Shown: positions 51,787 to 62,374, numbered from the stretch's first letter. The stretch: DNA of 64,000 nucleotides from Leptogorgia sarmentosa (GCA_964658305.1 OZ210885.1:24924001-24988000), one strand, 5' to 3'. A program made the numbers and translations. Notes: generated by a model from the letters alone, not told the origin.

Positions 51787-53735
51787 TTATGACCATGTTC
51801 AACTTCACATAGCCACCTTAATATAATTTCATAAGTTACCGCAACCACCCAGAATCCGTCTCTAGTACATGTACTTTAATGTGTCAAAGAATGAATAGCA
51901 TACATGGTAACCTACAAGAGAACTGGGATGAAAAGTTTGAGAAATTAATGCAGAAGAGTTGGTAAAATTTTAATGGTGCATGTTGGTATTTTTTTTTCAA
52001 CTTTTCATCCCATATCTCCTGTAGGTTTCTATGTATGCTATTCATTCTTTGACACATTAAATTACATGTACTGGAGACGGATTCTGGGTGGTTACTGTAA
52101 CTTATAAAATTATATTAAGGTGGCTATGTGATGTTGAACATGGTCATAAATGGTAATTTTACCTATTTTACCATGCAATATCTCTGAGGTTTTCAAAGCT
52201 ACAGAAACATTGAACATTTTCTCGATGCCCGGACACAGAGTAACAGAATGTGCGAAAACAGAAATTATGTACTCCAAACGGGGCGTAGTCACATACCATA
52301 ATGTTTACATTGGTGAACCCAGACCACGCCCAATCATATGAGACATCCAAAATATAGGTCATGTTTATATGGTGATGGTGAGTATGTTTACAATATATAT
52401 ACTCAAGAAACAATGAGTATATCATGGTGAAACGTCTTGACAAACATGGCCTTGAATGCGCATGCGCCATAAATGCTCTTGTCTTATATATTATATTACA
52501 ATTTTGTTTATAACTTTGTAACGAAACATTATTAGACAGTGGTTCAAATATCATTACAATCGTCGTGTTACGCGCTTTAATTTGATATATCGTTCGTTGT
52601 ATAAACATGTTCTATTCATGAGTTATTAACAAATTAATGAAAAATGTTGGCGGCCATATTGGATTTATGAATTTCTATAATTATCTTACAATTTTGCTTA
52701 TAACTTTGCAAGGAAACGGTGTTAGACGGTGGTTCAAATATCATTACACGCCCCGTATTACGGGCTTCAATTTGATATATCGTTTGTTGTATAAACATGT
52801 TCTATTCATGAGTTATTAACAAATTAATAAAAAATGTTGGCGGCCATATTGGATTTTGAAATCTAATATGAATTTCTATAAAACTGTTCATGCAATATCT
52901 CTTTTACCTTTACGTGAATACACTTCATGCTTTGCCACGTGAAAGTGCATGTATTAGGCAAGGATTCTGGGTGCTTGCTGTAACTTATAAAGTTATATTA
53001 AGGTGGCTACGCGACGTTAAACATGGTCGTAAATGGTAATTTGACCTACTTTACCATGCGATATCTCTGTGGTTTTAGAGGCTACAGATACGTAGTGAAC
53101 ATTTTATAGATGCCCAGACGCTGAACAACAGAATGTTAAGAAAAGCAATTTTTTTACCGCAAACTGGGCGTGGCCACACACCATAATGTTTACATTGGTG
53201 AACCCAGACCACGCCCAATCATATGAGACATCCAAAATATAGGTCATGTTTATATGGTGATGGTGAGTATGTTTACAATATATATACTCAAGAAACAATG
53301 AGTATATCATGGTGAAACGTCTTGACAAACATGGCCTTGAATGCGCATGCGCCATAAATGCTCTTGTCTTATATATTATATTACAATTTTGTTTATAACT
53401 TTGTAACGAAACATTATTAGACAGTGGTTCAAATATCATTACAATCGTCGTGTTACGCGCTTTAATTTGATATATCGTTCGTTGTATAAACATGTTCTAT
53501 TCATGAGTTATTAAGAAATGAATGAAAAATGTTGGCTGCCATATTGGATTTATGAATTTCTATAATTATATTACAATTTTGCTAATAACTTTGCAACGAA
53601 ACAGTGCTAAACGGTGGTTCAAATATCATCACACGCCTCGTTGTACGAGCTTCAATTCGATATATCGTTCATTGTATAAAAGCGTTGTATTCACAAGTTA
53701 TTAATAAATTAATGGGAAATGTTGGCGGCCATATT
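51787..53735. repeat. Right arm of the ~1.95-kb inverted repeat
   Basis: Reverse complement of 46688-48637; mirrored spurious ORFs in the track. Confidence 0.88.
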
Positions 53736-56228
53736 GAATTAAGGTGGCTATGGGACGTTGAACATGGTCATAAATGGTAATTTGACCTAATTTACCATGC
53801 AATATCTCCGTGCTTTTACATGCTACAGAGACGTAGTGAACATTTTATGGATGCCCAGATGCTGAATAACAGAGGGAAAAAATTTTTTTACTCCAAACGG
53901 GGCGTGGCCACCCATCATAATGTTTACATTCGTATATCTCTGCGGTTTTAAACGCTACAGACATGTAGTTGCTGTGGCAAGCATTGCGTTGTAAACTCTT
54001 GTAGATGACTCTTGTCCCATGCCCCCATCATGCAACGCGGGGGAGAGACATATGGTAACGTATTTATGGTCTGACCACGCCCATTTTGGCAAAAAAATAT
54101 TTGAAACCACCAGATTTGTAATTGCTTGGTGGTATGCTAACTAAAATTATTGTTAAGGTGGCTCTGCAATTTAAACCTAAAAAGCTCGGCAAAACTAGGG
54201 TTAGTTTAAATTGAAAATTTGAAGCCTTTTGGGCCATTTTTCAAAATTCTAAATGGTACCCATAATTCCTTGGAATACCAAAAATTGGCCCATGGAAGTG
54301 GTTCCGTAAATATTGACGATGATGGCTGTTGAATTTTAATGAAGTTTGAAAAGTTTGAAAATATGTCATCGCAATTGCGTCATAAATTTTGAATTTCTCG
54401 ATGCGAATTTTTTTGTGGCGAATCCCCGCGCGGAGGACAATATAACTGTGGTGGAGAAATTTTCTGTTATTTAAACGCAGCGAAGATATCAAAAGACAAA
54501 GTTTTACGTATTGAATGGCTTATAAATGTCTCAAATTTTAATTTTTTTTAATGATTTTCACAAGTGTTATAGCACATGATGAGACGTATCAGACTGTGCA
54601 ATTAGATTTTTAAATGAAGCTATCCCCAGTCACCGAGCGTCCATTTTAGAAAAACACAAAATCGGCAATATCTCATGAACCAAGACCTAAAATGAAAAAA
54701 AAAAAATCATCTCGAGGTATTTCCAGGTGCTTCCACTTCACGAAGTTTGGTGTGTTTCCACTTTAAAAAAAAAAGTTATCGTGTTCGGAAAAAGGGCAAA
54801 ACATTGCCATAAAATACACATAAAAGTCGATATAAAAAGATACTGTAGCTTTATGAGAAAAGTTTACTTTTTAAAGTTTACACTGTCTGGTACAAAATTG
54901 GACGGGCTACAAGCTGAAAAAAAAACAAAAAAAAATGAACTCATTCCCAGGCCTGTAGATCGAGAAAACTGAACTTTGGAAAAAGTATTATATCTTCTTA
55001 CTGTTTTAAGATATTAAAAAACGGTAACGACAGTTAGGTAGCCTGCATCGACATGTACAAACGAGGAAAGTTTGAAGCAATTAGACCAGGGAGAAGCAGG
55101 AAAAATCCGGGGGGGAAGTTCTTTGGAATGGGTCCAAATGACCCCCCTATGGAGAAGTCGGTGAAGATCATCTTTTTCCGGAATTCTGACGACGGAATCA
55201 TGTTCACCACCCACGATTACCTATACACACCGAGTTTCAACCTCCTAGGTCCTTTCTAACCATAATTTTTTTTTTGTCAGGGCTGGGTATATACCACCAA
55301 TGTGTCACCATACATATACCTGACTTTTTGGGAGACCCTGGAAACTCTCATTTAGGACCATCTTAGGGTTTTCGGGGGTGCCCTACACGATGGAAAACAT
55401 GACAAACCCCCTTGGTTTGAATAAAAACCCTCTTCATGGGGCTGGTACACAGAACTTGTGCTTTTGTGGATTTCTTTCCTTCCAACCCCCCCTGAAGGCG
55501 CGCGTTTTAATATTTTTGAAAAATTTTTTTAAGGAATTGTTGCCCAGGTCCCAAAGTACATGTGTACCAAATTTCAAAAAAATCCACCATAACCCCCCCC
55601 CCAGAGGGTCAATTTCAAGGAAATTCCACAAAAGCACATGGTCCCAGTTAGGGCGAAGGTTCTTTCGCTGTTCCAATGAAACATCGTGTGGTTATTTTGA
55701 ATGGATACCTGAAGAATCGTTGAAACCGCAATTACCGCATAGCGTTGAAGAACCTTTTATACCGTCGTTCTACAACTATGGTGGCCCATCGTTATCACCG
55801 CAATTTTCAGGAATATTTCTATATCGTCTTTCATTTAAATAATTGTTTTGTTTATAAATTAAAGACATATGACAAAAAAAACTTATTTAGTGTATTTACA
55901 AATGTAAAATAATACTGATTTTCAGTTGTAATACAAATTGTTTCTTGTGTTAAACTGAATTTTTTTTTAAATGCAACAAGTTTCAGTAAATTAATTAATA
56001 TTTTGATTGATAACGCTGGGCCGTTCGAATTTTAGTTTTTGATCGGCCCAGAACTGCCCAACGTTATCAGTTTGCTCCATAAAGACTGGGTTCAATAATC
56101 AAATTTCCCGCTCTTTTTTCCCACCATTTCAAATTCCGCCATATTGATAAATTTCATATATTTGTCAACAGGCTTGTTGAATCCAATCATAGCTTGAGTA
56201 GTGTGGAATTATTCGTATGTAGTTAGCG

Positions 56229-57502
56229 ATGTCAAAACGGAAACAGGGCAAAGAGAGTTGGGAAGCTTTTGAAAGAAGAGTAGGGTTAAAGCGGACCCGT
56301 CAAGAGCGAAATCTTGCGTCGGATAAAAGAACACTTGTCCCAAATGACATATTAGTGCAGAGAATGTCAACTTCTCCCAGTGGAAGACTGAAAAAATACG
56401 AGCCGTTAGACACTAGAGACTTTGTCCCATTTGCAGAATATGAGGAACTTTCAATAGAGAATATTAAAGACGCTTGTGAACAATTCTATAACGCACCGGC
56501 GGGGTCGTGTGACATTCTAGCTTCGGACCGAGGACCATCGTGTACAAAAATGGAACAAATCAAGGGGAAAAAGGTGTATTTTATCCGTTTCTTACCACCT
56601 ACGGAGCTTAATACGACAAAACAGCCTACAGTTATGGGGTCAAATTCGTCGCCAATTTCGTCATCGAAGATTGCTAATGTTGATAGCAACCATCCTACAA
56701 CCCCTAAGACAGTTTATCCAAAGTCAGTTTCTATCGGGGATCTTCTTCGGGCTGGGAAGCTGGTACGACCTCCACAGTTAACAACTCTCACATTGGAAAC
56801 GTTTGATGTCGAAAAATGTGAATGGACAAAAAATAATTTGACTTTGTCTGTTGAAATAGAGGAAACCAAGTTTGACAGTGGAGCCTTCAGAGATGCCTTC
56901 CGAGCCAAATGCAGAGATACATCATCTGGCCTGGCAGGTGAATGGGTGATAAAGAAATACAGAGACGAAGCTGTTACCACCATACAGGAGCAGTTGCAAA
57001 TGTCTGTGGAAGATCATACAAGAAAACAAGTTCAAATGCATGCAGTTGCTCGGAATTTGACATCACGTTTCTCTGTTAAAGTGCCCCAGGAATTTGGAGA
57101 AGCTTTCCAGTATGGAAAAGTCTTTTATTCCCAATGGAATGAATGCCCAGTTACTGTTGAAGAATATGTAGAAGGTGTTTTCACTAAGTACATCAACAAT
57201 GATGGGGACATAATGAAGCCTGATGACATTGAATCTGATGAGATTTTCCAGAAAGCACAGTGCCTGGTTCACTTCACATACATATATTCTGAGAAAAGGC
57301 TAATGGTCCTAGATATACAAGGTTCAGCATATAAACTTATGACCCAGAAATTGTGACTACAGAGCTTATGGCAAAGACTGACAAATCCCATGAGGTATAT
57401 TTTTGTGCTGGCAACCTCTCAACTATGAGCATTAACAGTTTTGCAGATAGTCATGTGTGCAATAAATTTTGCAAGATGATGGAACTGCAGTCATTAAAAT
57501 AA
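56229..57502 (+). CDS. Intronless alpha-kinase (eEF2K/TRPM6-7/MHCK-type catalytic domain) with a 1-bp frameshift near 57338
   Basis: FDSGAFRDAF, WVIKKY, VEEYVEGVFTKYINNDG, HFTY..LMVLDIQG; the shifted frame continues YDPEI..FCAGNL..HVCNKFC to TAA 57502. Confidence 0.88.
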
Positions 57503-58037
57503 CATTGAACTTTTCAATTAGTTCCTTTACAAGTATAGATTTGACATTAGTTGTGTTTTCTTAACATTTTTACTGGTTACATTACATTTATGTATTATTT
57601 ATTGTATTATTGTATTACAAACTTTATTGTCCCTCCAGATGGCACAGATTGCTTCTCTGTGGGTGGATATTGAAGAGTTTTATACAATGTGAATATGAAT
57701 GTCAAGGTCTTCCAATTTTGTCTAAATTTTATAATAGAAAATTATACAGTTTAACAGTATTTCATGCATATAAACTCAAATATACATCCATCTTGGGTTG
57801 TTACAGAAAAAAATCCATACTCTGCCCACAGAGGAAATTCTGCTGCCCAGAAAGGGGGAGGGAAAAAATTGTTTCTGATAATAATAAATGTATTAGGACA
57901 TCTGAAGGGGGTAGAGGGGGGGGTTACTTCTTTTTTCTCTGTAGGGGTAGTATGAATGTTTTATGGAATGACCAATTAACCTAATTACTATATGTACAGT
58001 AACTCCTGAATATGACCTCAATGTTATAATAGTTCCT

Positions 58038-59264
58038 TCATGTTTCTGGTGGATAAGGAATGTTTTGCTTGAGGAATCGGTAAGCTTCAATTGCATTCTT
58101 AGCTTCAATGTTTTCAGGATTTGGAATCAGTCCCACACATTGTTGCCTTGTATTTGCTTCAATGAAATGAACTATGTGTTCTTCATCCATCACTCCTGAA
58201 ACGTCAGCAACATCCTGGATGTCATCCTCTGACAACTCAATTCCTTCATTTGTGGCTTCATAATTCTCAGGGAAAGAAAACATGTGGTTAGGTATGCCAA
58301 CAGGAATTTCCAACTTATCTTGTGCACATATTCTGTGTGAATTCCAGTAGTTAACAAAACTATTACATTCTCTTTGAACTATAGGTACATAAATATAAGC
58401 GAGCAATTGGCGATCATGTGCAAAGTCAGGATTGTACTCTCGTCTTTGCAGCAGGGCTGTTAACTGTTGCTTGAAGAATTTCTCCAACCTTTCATGCAAG
58501 TCTCGCCACCAACGCTCTATCTTATTGCTTGTTGACGGACCATAGATCACAGAATCTGTAGGGTCATTCATAATTGCAAATTTGTTTATGAGATATGAGT
58601 GAATAGTAGCCATTTTACCAGTTTCAGTTCCTCTGTCAATTCTCAAAAATCTAGGAAGGATCTTTGTTTCAAACAGATATTTTAGGTACATCTTACCCAC
58701 AACAAAAGGATCTGAGTTCGAAGTGCATACAAATAAGAATAAAATCTTTCGAGAGAAAGTGTCAAGGCATCCATATATACCAAGAGGGAATGTCCAGTTT
58801 TGGTAGCCGCAAAGTTTATCATGACCATCCAACGACACTACCCACAATGGACCTTCTGAAGTAAAATGTCCCTTTGGTTTTTTCCTCTTCTTCTGAAGAT
58901 TCCTTGCCTCTAATCCAGCTGGGTCCAAGTCTGCCATCATATTATGGACTACATGCCTTGGTACTTGTATCTTGTGATCTGTTCGTAGCTTCTGGTTCAT
59001 GGCTCGATAGCCTAGAAGTCTGCCAGGGCCATCTAATTCTTTTTGTACAGCTTCTGCTACTGCAGCTAGTGGAGTATCATAATTAATATAGTGAATATCG
59101 AAGTGACGAAGACGTCTATCAAGAGTAGCAAGACTCCATGAATACTCCGAATAATCGCGTCGCACAAAATCTAGTATTTCACATCGTCGTAAATTTTGAC
59201 CAACGTAGCATTTCAAGTCGTTCTGGAGCTCAGTATTTTCCTTCCAACTGATATTTTCAGCCAT
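58038..59264 (-). CDS. IS3EU-like DDE integrase-core transposase (intact)
   Basis: ATLDRRL, LLGYRAM, SLDGHDKL..IYGCLDTFSR, IDRGTET, STSNKIERWW; homologous to 38888-40123. Confidence 0.9.
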   Translation of the reverse strand: MAENISWKENTELQNDLKCYVGQNLRRCEILDFVRRDYSEYSWSLATLDRRLRHFDIHYINYDTPLAAVAEAVQKELDGPGRLLGYRAMNQKLRTDHKIQVPRHVVHNMMADLDPAGLEARNLQKKRKKPKGHFTSEGPLWVVSLDGHDKLCGYQNWTFPLGIYGCLDTFSRKILFLFVCTSNSDPFVVGKMYLKYLFETKILPRFLRIDRGTETGKMATIHSYLINKFAIMNDPTDSVIYGPSTSNKIERWWRDLHERLEKFFKQQLTALLQRREYNPDFAHDRQLLAYIYVPIVQRECNSFVNYWNSHRICAQDKLEIPVGIPNHMFSFPENYEATNEGIELSEDDIQDVADVSGVMDEEHIVHFIEANTRQQCVGLIPNPENIEAKNAIEAYRFLKQNIPYPPET

Positions 59265-59887
59265 ACAATCAAGCAAATACACACAACATTGAGTTGCACA
59301 AAAACATCGTGGGCATTTTCATGGTGTAAATAAATTAGCGGGAATTTAATAATTAGCGGGAAATTTGATTATTGAACCCAGTCTTTATGGAGCAAACTGA
59401 TAACGTTGGGCAGTTCTGGGCCGATCAAAAACTAAAATTCGAACGGCCCAGCGTTATCAATCAAAATATTAATTAATTTACTGAAACTTGTTGCATTTAA
59501 AAAAAAATTCAGTTTAACACAAGAAACAATTTGTATTACAACTGAAAATCAGTATTATTTTACATTTGTAAATACACTAAATAAGTTTTTTTTGTCATAT
59601 GTCTTTAATTTATAAACAAAACAATTATTTAAATGAAAGACGATATAGAAATATTCCTGAAAATTGCGGTGATAACGATGGGCCACCATATACAACCCTT
59701 GTCAAAATTGAAACATTTATAGAACATTATATATATTGCTAGTTGATTTGGAACCGTTTAAATGCATAGAGTACAGCTGATTTTGTAATGTTCTAAGTAC
59801 ATAGTAAAACGTATTTGCAAATGGTTTTAAATATATATTTGAAATGCTTCACGATATCATGCTCATTTGATTTTGTCCTGGGGAAAG

Positions 59888-60248
59888 ATGGATTTAATTT
59901 TAGATGAACTGCAAAAGAACAATGTAGACATTGGCATAAAAACCTTATCATTAATCATATTACATCAAATATTTGATTGACCAACACGAAGGGGCGTATG
60001 GGCACATGGTGCGCCATGTAAATCGTGAAAATATTTCGGAGGTTTTTTATGAAATAAAAGTCGTTAATTTTGGTCGTGCTATGGCTTACTTGTCTTTAAT
60101 TTATTTGATGAACGAATCCGAGGAGGTGACACGCAAAGCTGTTCGTTTAGTGGTCCCATTTATGAAGAGTTTTGACTTTTCGTCTTACAAGATTGAGGAT
60201 GATTTGTTTTCCAGACTGAGGTCCTTTATTAGGCGTATTTTTAAATAG
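59888..60248 (+). CDS. Candidate Bcl-2/Mcl-1-like small protein of the Polinton (1-bp frameshift between ATG 59888 and ~59970)
   Basis: HEGAYGHMVRHV...VNFGRAMAYL resembles the Mcl-1 segment HETAFQGMLRKL...TNWGRIVTL (BH1). Confidence 0.45.
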
Positions 60249-60324
60249 ATAAATTCCATGTAAATTTTTAAAGTGTTATAAGAGTGTACGTGTGTGTGAA
60301 TTTAGATTCATTTTATTATTTGCA

Positions 60325-60960
60325 ATGATGGACGTACGATTTAAGACGCCTGCTAACTTTTATATTTGCGGTCAAAGTCAAAGTGGAAAATCGTACTTAA
60401 CACGCTGTTTGTTACGCCACGTGGGGGAATTGTTTGACCCTGCACCTACAAAAGTAATATACTGCTATGGAGAGTATCAAAAGGAATTTGACCAACTTTT
60501 TCCTAATGTTGAGTTGGTAGAAGGTTTTCCAAACGACATTGGCGAACTAACAAAAGGTCACGACAACTCTTTACTCGTACTGGACGATTTGATGTCTCAG
60601 TGTTCTAACGACTCTCGCGTTGCGGACTTGTTTACGCGCGGTTCGCATCATCGTGGAATATCTGTGTTGTATTTGACACAAAACTTATTTCCACCTGGCA
60701 AATTATCCCGCACAATCAGTTTGAATTCCCACTACATGGTTATATTTCGAAACCCGTGCGATTCGTTGGGCATTACCACATTAGCAAGGCAAATGTTCCC
60801 CAAACACGCCGATTATCTTTTGGAAGCATTTCGTGACGCAACGAGTAAACCCTACGGCTATTTGCTCATTGACTGTCATCAATTAACTCCCGAAAGTATG
60901 CGTTTGAGAACCAACATTTTACCCAGGGAACAACAATTCGTTTACGTAAAGCGTATTTAG
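60325..60960 (+). CDS. Polinton A32/FtsK-like packaging ATPase
   Basis: Walker A GQSQSGKS, Walker B LLVLDDLM, SHHRGISVLYLTQNLF, PYGYLLID. Confidence 0.93.
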   Translation: MMDVRFKTPANFYICGQSQSGKSYLTRCLLRHVGELFDPAPTKVIYCYGEYQKEFDQLFPNVELVEGFPNDIGELTKGHDNSLLVLDDLMSQCSNDSRVADLFTRGSHHRGISVLYLTQNLFPPGKLSRTISLNSHYMVIFRNPCDSLGITTLARQMFPKHADYLLEAFRDATSKPYGYLLIDCHQLTPESMRLRTNILPREQQFVYVKRI

Positions 60961-60995
60961 AACAAGGTACGTTATCAAACTTAGTCATTATCAAG

Positions 60996-61322
60996 ATGTC
61001 GAAGCGAATGAGAAGAAGTCTTCCCTACTTGCAAATTTTGGCAGTGTGTAAACCAAAATTGCGCCAGGCAGTTATTGTACATGCCCCCGCTGAAGTAATT
61101 TTGGCTATTTGCGAATGTTCGCTAAACATGCTTAAAGGGGTCATCCCTTTGACACCGCGTCAAAAACGGGCGTTATCGCGTTATAAGAAACATCTCCGTG
61201 CTTTAGCTGATAAAAAAGTATCCAGAAAGCAAAAGAAGCGTTATTTAAGTCAGAACGGAGGAGGTTTATTAACATCGGTTTTACCACCTGTTTTAAACGC
61301 ACTAGGGAATTTGTTGGTATAA
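60996..61322 (+). CDS. Small basic Polinton protein with a C-terminal GG-amphipathic helix
   Basis: 108-aa ORF in the gene cluster; AICECSLNMLKG, QNGGGLLTSVLPP. Confidence 0.8.
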   Translation: MSKRMRRSLPYLQILAVCKPKLRQAVIVHAPAEVILAICECSLNMLKGVIPLTPRQKRALSRYKKHLRALADKKVSRKQKKRYLSQNGGGLLTSVLPPVLNALGNLLV

Positions 61323-62257
61323 TGAAAAAGGCAAGACGGATGGCACTGGTGCCCGAGGAAATGTTGGATAAATTTGAACGAAAGCAAAAATTGGAAACCT
61401 CTCCGATTATTTCGAATCTTTTGCAAAGCGATAAACGTATGTCGGACATTCTTGAACGTTCGGATTTGGGCGACGACGAGAAGCAGAAACTGTACAATAT
61501 GGACATGCAACGCTTTTTGGAATTACGGCAACAGAAAAACAGCCAAGTCCCGACGGTTCGATTTGCTCCTAATATACAGGAAGGAAATGAAGCAATACCC
61601 CCGGAGCCACTCGAAGCCCAATTACCTCAATCATCTGAAGATGACATTGTGGCAAATTTGCCGAAGACGCATCGTACGAGGGCCACGAGTCTTTTGAATC
61701 GATTAAAAGCGAGACCTGATGTGATTACGTGGGACGATACAGGGCAAGTCAACATTGAAGGGGAAACTATTCCAAATTCTAACATAACGGATTTGGTTAG
61801 CGATGCCATGAGATCAAGAAAAAATTTTAATCCAGTGGGTTCGAGAGTATTCTTTCAAACATTATCCAAGTTAAATGTGCCCAAAGATCTCGTTAGAAAT
61901 GACGACCGATGGAAACAAGAGGGCGAAACGAATTCTACCCAAACACGGCGATCGGGAGGTTTCGGCAGACCCTCACGAACTGGAGGCTTTGGCAGTCCAC
62001 GAACTGGAGGTTTCGGCAGTCCACGAACTGGAGGTTTTGGCAGTCCACGAACTGGGGGCTTTGGCAGTCCACGAACTGGGGGCTTTGGTAGTCCACGAAC
62101 TGGGGGCTTTGGCAGTCCACGAACTGGGGGCTTTGGCAGTCCACGAACTGGGGGCTTTGGCAGTCCACGAACTGGGGGTTTTGGCAGTCCACCGTCCACA
62201 AGCTCATTTCAACCAAGAGAAGAAAGACGCGTACAAGAACAGTGGATAAACTATTAA
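61322..62257 (+). CDS. Polinton hypothetical protein with RTGGFGSP repeats
   Basis: 311-aa ORF; ITWDDTGQV..G..IPNSNITDLV motif; 24-bp repeat x9 at 61976-62191. Confidence 0.8.
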   Translation: MKKARRMALVPEEMLDKFERKQKLETSPIISNLLQSDKRMSDILERSDLGDDEKQKLYNMDMQRFLELRQQKNSQVPTVRFAPNIQEGNEAIPPEPLEAQLPQSSEDDIVANLPKTHRTRATSLLNRLKARPDVITWDDTGQVNIEGETIPNSNITDLVSDAMRSRKNFNPVGSRVFFQTLSKLNVPKDLVRNDDRWKQEGETNSTQTRRSGGFGRPSRTGGFGSPRTGGFGSPRTGGFGSPRTGGFGSPRTGGFGSPRTGGFGSPRTGGFGSPRTGGFGSPRTGGFGSPPSTSSFQPREERRVQEQWINY

Positions 62258-62374
62258 TTTTTGTTATTTTGTTATATGAATAAATGATTTGAAATTATTT
62301 GTTGTTGCCGTTTTTTGTTTGATAAAACCCCACACAATGTTTTTCTTACAAATGATTTTATTAATGCAATAAGT

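Larger units (their letters stand above)
45777..55649 (-). mobile_element. 9.9-kb tyrosine-recombinase (Crypton-like) element
   Basis: AGGGC direct repeat at 45772-45776 and 55650-55654; inverted TGTGCTTTTGTGGAAT 11-12 bp inside each end; central YR gene. Confidence 0.75.
55777..59690 (-). mobile_element. IS3EU-like DNA transposon carrying alpha-kinase cargo
   Basis: ~336-bp TIRs starting TATGGTGGCCCATCG (55777-56112 / 59355-59690); 6-bp TSD TACAAC at 55771-55776 and 59691-59696. Confidence 0.92.
45698..59711 (+). pseudogene. Small GRF-zinc-finger-like ORF split by two insertions (pieces 45698-45776, 55655-55776, 59697-59711)
   Basis: Removing both elements gives in-frame ...VVTISNLDPNTG-RRFFRCSNETSCGYFEWI...SFYN-PCQN*; the first Cys pair of a canonical GRF finger is not seen. 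Confidence 0.7.

Noticed and set aside
46929..53704. Repeated 60-166 aa ORFs in the inverted arms
   Set aside because: Copies differ by frameshifts and stops and have no recognisable motifs; treated as non-coding repeats.
55378..55842. 154-aa ORF as a gene
   Set aside because: Chimera of the YR-element end, the GRF-like fragment and the IS3EU TIR.
61976..62191. RTGGFGS as dUTPase motif V
   Set aside because: No other dUTPase motifs; simple tandem repeat.
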